From Azolla caroliniana (Eukaryota; Plantae; Polypodiophyta): DNA of 64,000 nt. The stretch lies in assembly GCA_043228905.1 (NCBI GenBank), contig JBHGNT010000021.1, positions 620,001 through 684,000 on the forward strand, in the 5' to 3' direction. A model generated the notes under the pieces. It was not told the DNA's origin, ran no database searches, and saw only the letters and a list, made by a program, of their open reading frames with translations. The position numbers and the translations under genes were made by a program. Every line of letters starts with the position of its first letter. Position 1 is the first letter of the stretch. This document shows, piece after piece, positions 49,450-60,806 of this stretch.

Positions 49450-51130
49450 TGTCGTCTCTAATCCATAGGCTTTATCTTTGTTTATCTTCTCTTCAAATAA
49501 GATCTCAAACATAGTGAGGCTTGGACTTAACGGCTCGGTGATTATGTTTGTGCTATCATCCAAACATACAACCCCAACACAATTGGAGCTCCAGATTGGA
49601 GGCGGTAGAACCATGGTTGATATATATTCTTGGGACAAGGGAAACCACCCAAACCATCTAAACATTCATCATTCCACCTTGCTCCAAACGACACCGACCA
49701 CACTTATCTTTCCGTAAGTGTTCCATCCAATATATTATCACTATATTCGCAACCACTTTCTCCCTCATCATCTGTTGGGAAAACGAGTCCCTCCGGATGG
49801 AAAAATAAGTTGAATCAGTCGACAGCAACTCGGTCGAGGCCGAATTGGTGTAATAATCGATTCGGTAAATAGCCGACTTGGGGCTATATTTGGAAATACC
49901 CTCAATGTGCCCTTAGTGGGCTATATTTGTAAATAGCCCATATTATGTATGAGTATAAATACACTTCGGGCAAATCATTATATGTGTGATGAATCAATAG
50001 TGTGTAGTTGCCTCTGTAACTAGAGTGTAAGAGAGAGTGTGTGTGGGAGAGTTGTAACTCTGTAGCCGTGTGTGAGACAAAGAAGAACTCGAGGTTGTTA
50101 CCTTGAGATTCTTATTTTTTGTATTTAATCTCAATATAGTGATTTTGTTCGGAGTTTGTGGGCTCCCATGGTTTTCCCCATTTCAGGGTTTCCACGTTAA
50201 TATCTTGTGTTTCTGTGTCAAGGCATCATCTTCTGTTATTTCGATTTTTTTCTCGTTTGTGTGTGGTAATTGGTTGTGGACGATCCCATATTCAACATCA
50301 TCAACCTCACCCCTTTGTACAATCATTCAATGTACCGAGGAACTAGCAAAAACTTATAATCATGTCCAAGGACTCGATCATCTAGATCTAAGCACATCAT
50401 TTGATGCTCTTTCCTCCTAACCCTAACTCTCTACTATATGTCTTACCTCATCCATCAGTAGTTTTCCTTTATCACACATCTTGTGGATGCCACATTTCTA
50501 GGAACATGCCCCCAAAATCGTTGGTACACATATTAGAGTTGGAGAGCTTACACCAAAAAATAGCTCACAAGAAGATGTGAAGCCTTTGGGAACCAAAAAA
50601 GATTTGTATATGAATTAGGAAGCCAAATATCATGATTTATAGATACTACCTTTCACAAGCAAAGACTCTGCCACCACTGCCTACGAATGAATAAGAAGAG
50701 AACCTCGAACAATGTCCTTGATATATTTGTGGTAAGCACAATCAATTGCCCATATCATTGCACACATGTTCAAGAGGGCCTTCCCAATGCATGGACCATG
50801 TAGAGGATTTTGGCTATTAATAAATCAATAGACCCCCTCCTCCAACTATTGGAGTACCATGATTGGCCTACTCAAAACTCTGCCAAGCTTTATGGAGTGG
50901 TGCTTCAAAAGGAGGTTAACACTTTTGTGTGCCAAAGATACCAAGCCTCAAGCCCCAACAAGACTTAGGAGAACCTTTTCTACCTACCACCAACCACGTC
51001 CTTAAATTTTGCATTTCTTGGTGGATCAAGCAAAGTTGCCAAAGTAGTGATTATTTGAATGCTTTGTAGATTTCCACGAGGCCTTTGACATATTGTACCA
51101 AGGGGATGTCTCCTACAAAGACTATGTGCA
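49450..51130 (+). mobile_element. Old, decayed LINE ORF2 remnant (related to the LINE at 60-64 kb), interrupted by a solo LTR
   Basis: GGGRTMVD (cf. GGGESTVD), AKLYGVVL (cf. AKLYGAVM) and CFVDFHEAFD (cf. CFVDFRKAFD) occur in collinear order. Boundaries approximate. Confidence 0.65.
49773..50297 (+). mobile_element. Solo LTR (525 bp, copia-like) with perfect 5-bp TSD TCATC
   Basis: TGTTG...CAACA ends; TCATC at 49768-49772 and 50298-50302; TATAAATA at ~49954. Confidence 0.9.
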
Positions 51131-54024
51131 ATTGTTTGGACGCTTCTTTTTTAGGAAATTTTGAGATGAGTCTGGCGACTTCCAAAAGTAGTCACAAGCA
51201 CCAAGGATTACCCACTCTCCCTTATCCTCTTCATATTGTACATCGACGGGGCAAACTACTATCGAATACGGCTATATAATGGCCGCATTCACACTGTCCC
51301 TTTGAACAAACTAGGCTTAGGTCATTTATGTAAATTTGTTTGAGGGAAAATGCCTTAACCCAGATAGTATATAACTAGTCTTGTAACCTAGCTCAAGTTG
51401 TTGTTGATCGTAACATTTTGGAATAATACAACTACATTGTGTGCCTACTCTCTATCTCTCATTCTCATTCATATTCTGTTTCTTTGATCTTGTCTTTGTG
51501 AGGTTGCCTTCTGTGATCTGTTCTCCATAGTCTACTAGTGTCATAACTTGTTAGTCTTCATCATATACTATTGATATTGTTTCAAGACTGATGGACTCAA
51601 CTCCAACATCTAGTATCAGAGCCAGGTTCTTCAAGTTGTTGTTGGCCGTCATTCTTCCTCAATAGTGTTCCTGCTTCCAACACTTACCAGAACAGACTCT
51701 GAGATCTTGGACGAAATGAAATCTCGTGCTCAGCAACCACCAAGGTCTCACTCTGAGAAGAGAAAGATACATGTGAATTTGCACTTCACTACGATAAATC
51801 ACCTCTAAAGCAAGCCAATTGGCTAATTTTCCCCACTGTGATTGTAACCACTCGAATTGGTATCCCTACACTAACGACTCCAACCGCGTTCCATCCGGCT
51901 GAGTAGTATTCGGACAAGCTAGCCGGCGTTGTCTACTCAACCACTACAACCACCTGAAGCAGGCTCGACGTCAGGAATCATAACATAATCTATGATCGGC
52001 CCATAAAATTGGAAATCAAATTCAGATCGGTAGTTCACTGTGATCAAATTGCCTAGGCAACATTAAGGAAGGCTAGTTGGCTCTGTCCCTCCAAATTGTT
52101 GTAACCACTCTGAGCAAGTTTAGTACCCAACTATCATCTGAAAATCAAACAGGCTATCCAATTGGCACATTCTTGTCCACCTCGGCTCGATCCACTATAG
52201 CTACTTCGAACAGAACCCACCAATAGTCGAAGTCGATTTGATTCCCGCCTAAATCCGACTACAACGATATTGGGTGAGCTATTCGGCTGCATCCCACGAT
52301 AGTTCGTAGTCGACCCTAGACAGTGCCTAGTCAACCGACACAAAAATGACATCAACATCCGGCTGATCAGAGATGAATGTAGGGAAGTTCGACGGATCTA
52401 ACATCAAATTCTGGAAGGAACACAAATGTACTAGGACTACCTAATTGTCAAAGGTCAGATATATCCAATTGAGTTCGAGAATCCTCCAGAAGGATACAAG
52501 CCAAATGGGTAGACGAAACTAGACAGAATTGTTGAAGCCACCATTCAAATGCACTTGTCAGAGTTAGTGTACTTCACAATGCAATCGTGTTCAACCGCCT
52601 TCCAATTATGGAACACTCTCTTTGACACTTACGAAAAGAAGGTCACTGCCACAAAGATATATTTGGTTCAGCGCCTCTACAATCTTCGAATGAAAGAATC
52701 TGACTCGGTCCAGCCACACCTCAATGAGTACGAAAGCCTAAGCTCCCAAATCTCGGCTCAAGGGACGACAATCGAAGACGAATTAAAAGCAATGTTCCTC
52801 ATGAGTAGTCTCCCCACTTCATGGGAAACGTTCGTTAGAACCGTATGTAATGCGTCAACTGGTGCCGTGAAGTACTTCAAAGTCACGAGCTCAATCCTAA
52901 CGGAAGCTAATCGAAGGAAATCATTTGCAAACGATTCGGCCAGTGACACCTATGTAGTACAAGGTTCGGTCGACCAATCGAATAGTCCAGGAAGACGTTC
53001 TTCCCGATCGGCAACTAATACACGAAGTTGAAGTAAGTCTTGGCATAATTGAAGCTACAATTACTGCAAGAAACCTAGACATATCAAGGCTGATTGACGT
53101 GCCCTCAAAGCCAAAAATGATAAGGCTGAGAGAGCTTATCACAAGGACAGTCAACAAGAGGAGGTCAACTACGTCGACTTATGAGCCGAAGTATTGATAG
53201 ACAACCCGAACATTTTGTTCATAGAACACCTTGTCGAATCAGAAGTTCTGCTTACGACTGAAGAGTCAAGCACTTGGCTCTTGGACTTGGGTGCGTCCTG
53301 CCATGTGACCCCTCACAGATCACAATTTCGGAAATTCGCAACACTATGCGATAATCGGAATCAACATTGTAGAACTTAACCTTCCATGTGGCTCTACTCT
53401 TGTACTACACAACGCCTGACATGTCCCATAATTATCAAGGCCATTGATATCTGTCGGACAACTAGATGAAGATGGCATCTGTGCCGACTTCTCAACGGGA
53501 AGGTGGACATTCCACCGGCGGAACCTCCTACTTGTTGGAGGACCGAAGGAACATTCATTGTACCCGATGTATGTCACCTTCAAGGTAGGTGACCTATTAA
53601 TGGTGGACATCCTTGTGTCATCATTATGGCACGGCCAACTTGATCACCTTATCTAAGTCAGCTTTACGCACCTATCTAGAGTCGGCTATATCCCTGTTGG
53701 GTATGTGAGGAAGAGTGGGAAACACACAAGAAGCTCAAAGAAAGAAGCACTCACACAAGGAAGGCAATGGCTGGAATAGCTCTCTATTGATGAATGTTCC
53801 TAAAAAAAAATAGGAGCTGAAATATATATCCCTAAGTACTAAGTACCACCACATATGAGTGACTCATGTATGTGGTAACATGGGGAAAAAACCTCTAGCC
53901 AGCACTAGAGTAAAAAGTGCCCATGTATAGGGAAAATGGTTCACATCAAAGCTACTAGAGGAACACGCAAGTGTAACAAACCCCCCTGGAGCGAATGATG
54001 TGAACATGTACAAGGAGTGACAGA

Positions 54025-57000
54025 TCAGCCCCCACAAGGCAATAAGCCTAAAGCTTTGCGAAAAGCTTCAAACTTTTCTCGTGGAAGAGCTTTGGTGAAT
54101 ATGTCTGCCACGTTATCTTGTGTAGGCACATATACCAAATCAATATCTCCTGCATGAAAGCGCTCTCTCACATAGTGATAATGCACCTCAATGTGTTTGG
54201 TCCGTGCATGAAATACAGGATTTCGTGCAACAGCCAATGCACTCTGACTATCTGTGAGAATACGTGTAGCAACTTCAATCTCCATGCAAAGATCCATCAA
54301 AAGGCGTCTTAGCCATATACACTCCACTGTAGCTGTGAAAACTGCCCTGTACTCAGCTTCACAACTTGATGTCGCCACTGTAGGTTGCTTTTTACTCAAC
54401 CAAGATATACATGAGTTTCCAAAGAAAAAGCAATTACCACTAGTGGACACGCGAGTATCATAACAACCAGCCCAATCACTATCTGTAAAAGCATGCAAGC
54501 ATGGCTGAGTATCTCTGCCATAAAAGAGACCCAAGCTCAAAGTGCCTCTAAGATATCTGAACACACGTTTCACTGCTTGCCAATGCTTAGTGCCAGGGCT
54601 ATGCATGAATCGACTCAATTGGGAGACTGCATACTGTATATCCGGCCTTGTATTGCATGCATATATAAGACATCCCACAGCTTGTTGATAAAGAGAAGTA
54701 TCAAACGCATCACTAGAATCCTCAACAGAGAACCTAAATCCTGTCTCCACAGGTGTATAAACCGGCTTGCAATCCTCAAAGTCAAAACGCTGAAGTAGTT
54801 TTTCAACATACTTTCCTTGATGCATAAACATTCCCCCCTCAACGGATACAAACTGGATGCCAAGATAGTAGCTCAAAAGACCAAGATAAGTGACTTCAAA
54901 AGTATGCTGCAAATCAGCCATAAGAAAATCGAGTTTTGCATCACATGACCCAGTCAAGAGTATGTCATCAACATAAAGAACGAGCACTAGAAGATCAGCC
55001 CCATCTTTGCGTACATAAAGTGTGCTTTCAATCGGACTACATGTGAAGCTAAGAGAAATCAAGTGCTTATGGATTTTTTCATACCATGCACGCGAAGCTT
55101 GCTTTAGACCATACAAGGCCTTATGCAAGCGACAAACCATATGCTCTTTCTCTTTCGTAGCAAATCCAGGAGGTTGCTTCACATAAACCTCTTCTTGCAA
55201 ATCACCATTTAAAAAGGCTGTTTTTATGTCCAATTGATGCATTTTCCAACCTCTTTGGGCAGCCAATGCAACCACGGTACGAATGGTAGTCATGCGTGAA
55301 GTAGGTGCAAAAGTTTCCTCATAATCAATGCCATATTGTTGGGCATATCCTTTGGCAACCAATCTAGCTTTGTAGCGATCAATACTACCATCGGGCTTTC
55401 GTTTAATCTTGTAAACCCACCTAGTACCAATCACATTCTTTCCTTTTGGCAATTCACATAACTCCCAAGTACCATTTTTATGAATGGAATCCATTTCTGA
55501 TTGCATAGCACTCATCCAATGTGGATCATCACATGCATCTTCAAAAGTAAGTGGCTCCTCATTACATGCTATTGCAACAATAGAATAATCCACAAAATTA
55601 CCTGATGCATGGCGAGAGCTTGATCTTGTTTTACCAAGTAAAGGTGCACTCAATTTGCTATCTTGCAAAGTTTGTTTCAGCCACCTCGGCATAGTTTGTG
55701 ACCTCTCGATAGCCATACGTTCATTATGTAATACATCTTCAATATGTACATCATGCGTGGGCTGAATTTCATGCTCATTTTCAGCCACATTTGGTTGGAC
55801 ATTTCGTGCATTTTCAACACTTATTTGCTGGAAATTTTTATCCCTTTGAGACTCACTTGGCTGGTCTACATGTCCATGGTCAAGCGCAGCACTTTGGAAC
55901 AAAGGCATGAGTGTATCAAACACATCTTGTGAGCTAACTGTTGGTTGTTTTTTGCATTCAAGAAAAGGGAAAGCTGAATTTTCAGCAAATACCACATCTC
56001 GACTCACAATAATTGTGTCCGTCAATGGATGATACAAACGATATCCCTTACTTTCCGCACTATAACCAACAAATATGCATTTCTTTGCCTTGTCATCAAG
56101 TTTGTGACGTTGTTGTGATGGCACAAGAGCATATGCCAAACAACCGAACACACGCATATGACTAACCATAGGTTTATGTCCATTCCAAGCCTCATATGGC
56201 GTAATGACTCTCAACGCTTTTGTAGGGCAACGATTCAACACATAATTTGCACACATAACCGCTTCCATCCAAAACTTGTTAGGAAGATGCTTTCCTTTAA
56301 CCATACATCGTGCCATCTCTAAGAGTGTTCTATTTTTGCGTTCTGCAACACCATTTTGTTGAGGTGTATATGGCACCGTACATTGATGTAAAATACCTCT
56401 CTCACAAAGAAAAGCATTAAACTCATGTGACATATATTCGCCACCACGATCCGTGCGTAGAGTCAAGAGCTTATTTGCGGAAAAATTTTCAGCCATAGCT
56501 AAAAATGATTTGAAGCAAGAAAAGACTTCATTCTTTGCTTTCATAGGATACACCCATGTATGACGAGTAGCATCATCAATGAAGGTAACAAAATATACAT
56601 GCTTTCCAAAAGATGGAGTCTTTACAGAACCACACACATCACTATGAACAAGTTGTAATTTTCTTGTAGTGTGTGTATGACTATCTTTTGGAAAAGAAGC
56701 ACGATGCATTTTTCCAAGAATGCAACCTTCACATGCATGTTTTTCAATGGACTCAAGTGTAGGCAACCCAATAACCATATCCTTCTTTTGCAAGTGAAGC
56801 AAACTATTGAAGTTCAAGTGACCAAAACGAGCATGCCAAAGCTCCATTTCAGCCATGGAAGAAGTATGTACAGCCAAGGCATTTAGAGAAGCCCTCTTGT
56901 ATGTATCTAAACGGTACAAGCCATTGCATAATGTACCGGACATCACGATAACATCACCATTGCTATAATCGTGAACCATGCACTTATCATCAACAAAATG

Positions 57001-58371
57001 TACATGAAGTCCGGCTTTGGCAATCAAAGGAACCGAAATTAAGTTCTTCTTGATACCGGGCACATACAATACATTCTTTAAGATGACAACACCTCCATTT
57101 GCAGCCGAAAGCTCAATTTCTCCTACTCCAATGATAGGATAAGAGGCATTGTTTGCACACACCACATGTCCACCTTTGGGTGCATCTTTCAAGGATGCAA
57201 AAAAACTTTTGCATGAAGTAATGTGCTTTGAAGCACCACTATCAAAGAACCAATCCGAATCAATCTCACTTACAACCATACATTTAGAGTGCAATGATGC
57301 ATCATAATGATATGTAACAACACATGCCCAATAATCTTGAGCCATGTTGGCCTCATCACTCTTTGCACTTGAAACATTTTCAGAAATGGTCATGCCGGAT
57401 TCCTTCTTCTTCTCATTGCGCTTAACAAGCTTTCTACATTCTTCAATCGTATGGCCAACCTTTCGACAATATTTGCATTTTTTCTTCTTTTGCAAATCAC
57501 CATCATTAGAGGAATAAGTGAAAGAGGGAGGTTGAGGCTTTGGTTTTGAAGAACCAAAAGCTGAACCATGCTTGCCTTTTCCTTTTTGTGAGATAGCAAG
57601 TGCTTGTGTTCCCTCTATCAAACCACTTCTATTCACTCTAGATTGTTCTTCTTGCAAAAGAAGAGACACAACCTCATCAAATGCGTACATATCCGTATTC
57701 CCTTTTGCAACCAAACGAATAGTAGTAGCAAAGCTTTGAAAAGATTCGGGTAATCCTTTCAACAACGTAGAGACAAGTGATGTATTCGAAATGATCTCAT
57801 CAATGTTTGCCAATTGCTCTTTCAAATCTTTAATGCGTGTCACATACACATCTACCGACTCATTTTCAGCCATATATACATCCTCAAGTTGCTTTCTCAA
57901 ATATGCAACACGTGCTTCGTTACGCACGGCATATGCTCAAGCTCATGCATTGATTGCACTTTCTGTGAAGCGTCATATAGTTCCACATATTCGGTCATGC
58001 TCTACGTCCAAACAAGCAAGAGTGTCCCATGCTTGTTTGGACGTAGAGCATGACCGAATATGTGGAACTATATGACGCTTCACAGAAAGTGCAATCAATG
58101 CATGAGCTTGAGCATCTTTTCCATCCCATCTAAGTTGCTCTTGTGTTGGTGGAGTAGATGAAGTCACTGTGCTCGAAGATGAACCTGTATCTGTGATAGT
58201 AGACTGTGAAGTAGTAGGACCGGCGGGGCGTCGATCTACATCTACCACTATGTTCCATAGTTGTTTGGCAACAAGAACGTGTTTCATCATGTAGGACCAC
58301 ATTGGATAGTTTGTCCCATCAAGCTTATCTTCAGCTTGAAGCATGCCAAACAAATCACCATTGTTTGCCAT
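54025..58371 (-). pseudogene. Copia Gag-Pol polyprotein, interrupted only by a 75-nt in-frame inverted insertion carrying stop codons
   Basis: MANNGDL..KLDGTNYPMWS (gag), CKYCRKVGHTIEEC (zinc knuckle), WFFDSGAS (PR), WHARFGH..CEGC, VHSDVCG, TDRGGEY, AERKNR (IN), YKARLVAKGY, LYVDD (RT), TDSDWAG, ADIFTKAL (RH). The two ORF pieces are in the same frame. Confidence 0.95.
57933..58115. repeat. Perfect inverted repeat: 86-bp arms with 11-nt loop
   Basis: 57933-58018 is the reverse complement of 58030-58115; the loop is AGAGTGTCCCA. The peptide AQAHALIALSVKRHIVPHIRSCSTSKQA appears in ORFs on both strands. Confidence 0.97.
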
Positions 58372-58982
58372 TTTACCAAAGAACAAGAAAGTGGTAAAAT
58401 ATTACCTCAACAAATCGGAAATGAGTGCTGAAAATGCAGCTCACAAACTATCACTCGGATGACGATTTCGACTACACGAACGGCTTCGAAATGGGGGTAA
58501 AACAGCAGGGTACCTGCTGAAAATGCGCTCCAAGTGCTGAAATACACTTCTCTATATTCGGAAGTTGATTTGCACAATGAAAAGTGCGCGCGCGCCGCGA
58601 CACCGCGATGCGGACAACCGAAGATGGAGAGGATGAAGAACTTGGCTCTGATACCACTGTTGGGTATGTGAGGAAGAGTGGGAAACACACAAGAAGCTCA
58701 AAGAAAGAAGCACTCACACAAGGAAGGCAATGGCTGGAATAGCTCTCTATTGATGAATGTTCCTAAAAAAAAATAGGAGCTGAAATATATATCCCTAAGT
58801 ACTAAGTACCACCACATATGAGTGACTCATGTATGTGGTAACATGGGGAAAAAACCTCTAGCCAGCACTAGAGTAAAAAGTGCCCATGTATAGGGAAAAT
58901 GGTTCACATCAAAGCTACTAGAGGAACGCGCAAGTGTAACAAACCCCAAGCTCTCTTCTCTTACCATAAGTTTTGTGAGCAT

Positions 58983-59248
58983 TGTCAATACAGCAAACAA
59001 ACTACAACCACCCATCTGACAAGAGAGACGAGATAGTCGAGCCTGCTTGACTTGGTTCATTTAGATATTTGTGGTCCAATGCCACACTAGTCTCTCGGCG
59101 GAGCGTCATACTTCGTGTCAATACAACAAACAAATTACAGCCACCCATCTGACAAGAGAGTCGAGAGAGTCGAGCCCGCTCGACTTGGTTCATTCAGACG
59201 TTTGTGGTCCAATGCCACACTAGTCTCTCAGCGGAGCGTCATACTTCG
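58983..59248 (+). repeat. 133-bp diverged tandem duplication within the old copia integrase
   Basis: TGTCAATACA at 58983 and 59116; both copies end GGAGCGTCATACTTCG. Confidence 0.9.
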
Positions 59249-59530
59249 TGTTGGGATCGAGACCGGCCATAACCAGTTTCACTTTGAATGTTCGGGTGCA
59301 AAGAATCGGTATAGACAGTACACATACATATAAACGAGGAAGCAGAAAGATAAGTACAAAGACACAAGATATTTTACGTGGAAAACCCGAAAGGGAAAAA
59401 AACCACGGGGGTCCACAAACCCCAAGAAACAAATCACTATGTAAAGAGAGGAATACAATGAGATACTCGGAGGCAACGACCTCGAGATCTTCTTTGTCTG
59501 ATTCATGGCTATTAAGTTACTACTCTCACT
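59249..59530 (-). mobile_element. Partial LTR (U5 end), related to the solo LTR at 49773-50297, apparently interrupted by the LINE
   Basis: Begins TGTTGGGATCG. Its reverse complement contains GTTTGTGGACCCCCGTGGTTTTTTTCCC..GGGTTTTCCACGTAAAATATCTTGTGT, matching 50152-50211. Confidence 0.65.
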
Positions 59531-59996
59531 CTCTCTCTCTCTCTAACGGCTCTCTCTACCGTTGCGTTGCTGTCGTTGTCGTCACCGTCGCCGTCGTCTG
59601 CAGCCGCTGCAACCGTCGCCGTCTGCTCTCTCTCTCTCTCTCTCGCTTCCTCGTCTCTCTCTGCCGTTGCTGTCGTCGGCTAGTGTCGTCGCCGTCGTCT
59701 GTTGCTGTCGTCGTCCGACGACTACGGTTATCTGCGGCTGTCGCCGTCTGCTACCGTCTTCAACAGTCTGCAGCCGTCTGCCGTCTGCTGCCGCCGTCAC
59801 CGTCGTCGTCACGGGGTGTTTCTTCTCCGTTTTCTCTTGATGTGGTGAAGTGCCATTTTCTTGACGAGTTCGTGGGTGGGTTCTTTTGGTGTGCTTGTCG
59901 CGTGCTACAAAATGCCGATGTGATTGCGACATACACACAAACTCGGCTAAGTCTGGAACCCATTTATTTTACCTTTTTTTTCTTATTGACACTACA

Positions 59997-60806
59997 ATGA
60001 CGTCTAGACGGCCTAAGGAACATAAGGATATACAAGACGAGGCTATAAGTAAGGACTTTTTAGATATGTTTAATCGTTTAACAAAAATAGAGATGGATAT
60101 GAAAAAATGGGTGAAAGACACCGAAACCCACAAGAAAAAAGATAGAGAGGAAAAAGACGCCCTCAAGGCCGAAATAGAATAACTTAAAGTAGAAAACATC
60201 GACCTTAAAAAACAACTTAAGGACATCGAGGTATCTCGAGAAGACGGTGAAATATCCTCTATAGAGGATATAAAGGACGAAATTAAAAAAGTTAAAGAGG
60301 AAGTTAATAATAACATAGAGTTAGCTAAAATGGGTTGGGTAGATGTGGTTAAAAGAAACATTAAAAAAGAAATAAAAGATGAAAATATTGTTAATACCAC
60401 CCTTGAAGAAGAGAAAATGCGTCAGGCCCGACGCTTAAATGTACGTGTCACTGGGCTCAAGGAAGGTGCATCCCCAAATGAGGACGCACAAACACTTGGG
60501 AAAATGTTAGGGTACACAAAGGCCCTACCTATCACCAAAGCATGGAGGGCCGGGCGTGACACAACTAGGAAGAGAGCCTTAGTCCTTCAATTTAAAGACT
60601 TAGACTCTAGAATCACTTTCTTTAAGAAGAGACCAATCCTTCGAGGAATGGATGGGGACCCCATCTATCTCGATGAAGACCTCACTAAGATGCAAATTGA
60701 GCATCGCAAGAGTTGTATGCCACAAGTTATGCAAGCTCGTAAAGAAGGCCATCGCGCCTTTTACCGAGACGGGCGAGTGATCATAAATGATCCCACTACT
60801 AATTGA
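59997..60806 (+). pseudogene. LINE ORF1 (coiled-coil plus RRM/CTD type) with one nonsense codon at 60180
   Basis: Starts MTSRRPKEH, then a K/E-rich coiled coil, RRLNVRVTGLKE, RALVLQF, IYLDEDLTK, AFYRDGRVII. The frame is continuous across the TAA at 60180-60182. Confidence 0.85.

Larger units (their letters stand above)
53695..58941 (-). mobile_element. Young full-length Ty1/copia retrotransposon (5.25 kb) with 284-bp LTRs
   Basis: LTRs 53695-53978 and 58658-58941 differ at one position by my reading. PBS TGGTATCAGAGCC (tRNA-iMet) at 58656-58644; G-rich PPT at ~53981-53990; flanks ATCCC/AACCC. Confidence 0.97.
51133..59248 (+). mobile_element. Older degenerate Ty1/copia element (5' LTR ~51133-51608, PBS, gag, protease, start of integrase), split by the young copia and cut at 59249 by another LTR
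   Basis: The LTR ends CCAACA (51608), followed by PBS-like TAGTATCAGAGCC (51611-51623). Gag LYNLRMKESDSV..LMSSLPTSWE and protease WLLDLGASCHVT. After the nested insertion the frame resumes as GYIP|KL..FCEHCQY..LDLVHSDVCGP. LTR start approximate. Confidence 0.8.

Noticed and set aside
57791-58075. Plus-strand ORF containing a gag peptide
   Set aside because: It is not a gene; it results from the inverted duplication reported as a finding.
59248-60000. 250-aa ORF
   Set aside because: It spans an LTR fragment and the low-complexity LINE 5' UTR, has a TTG start and shows no domain features.
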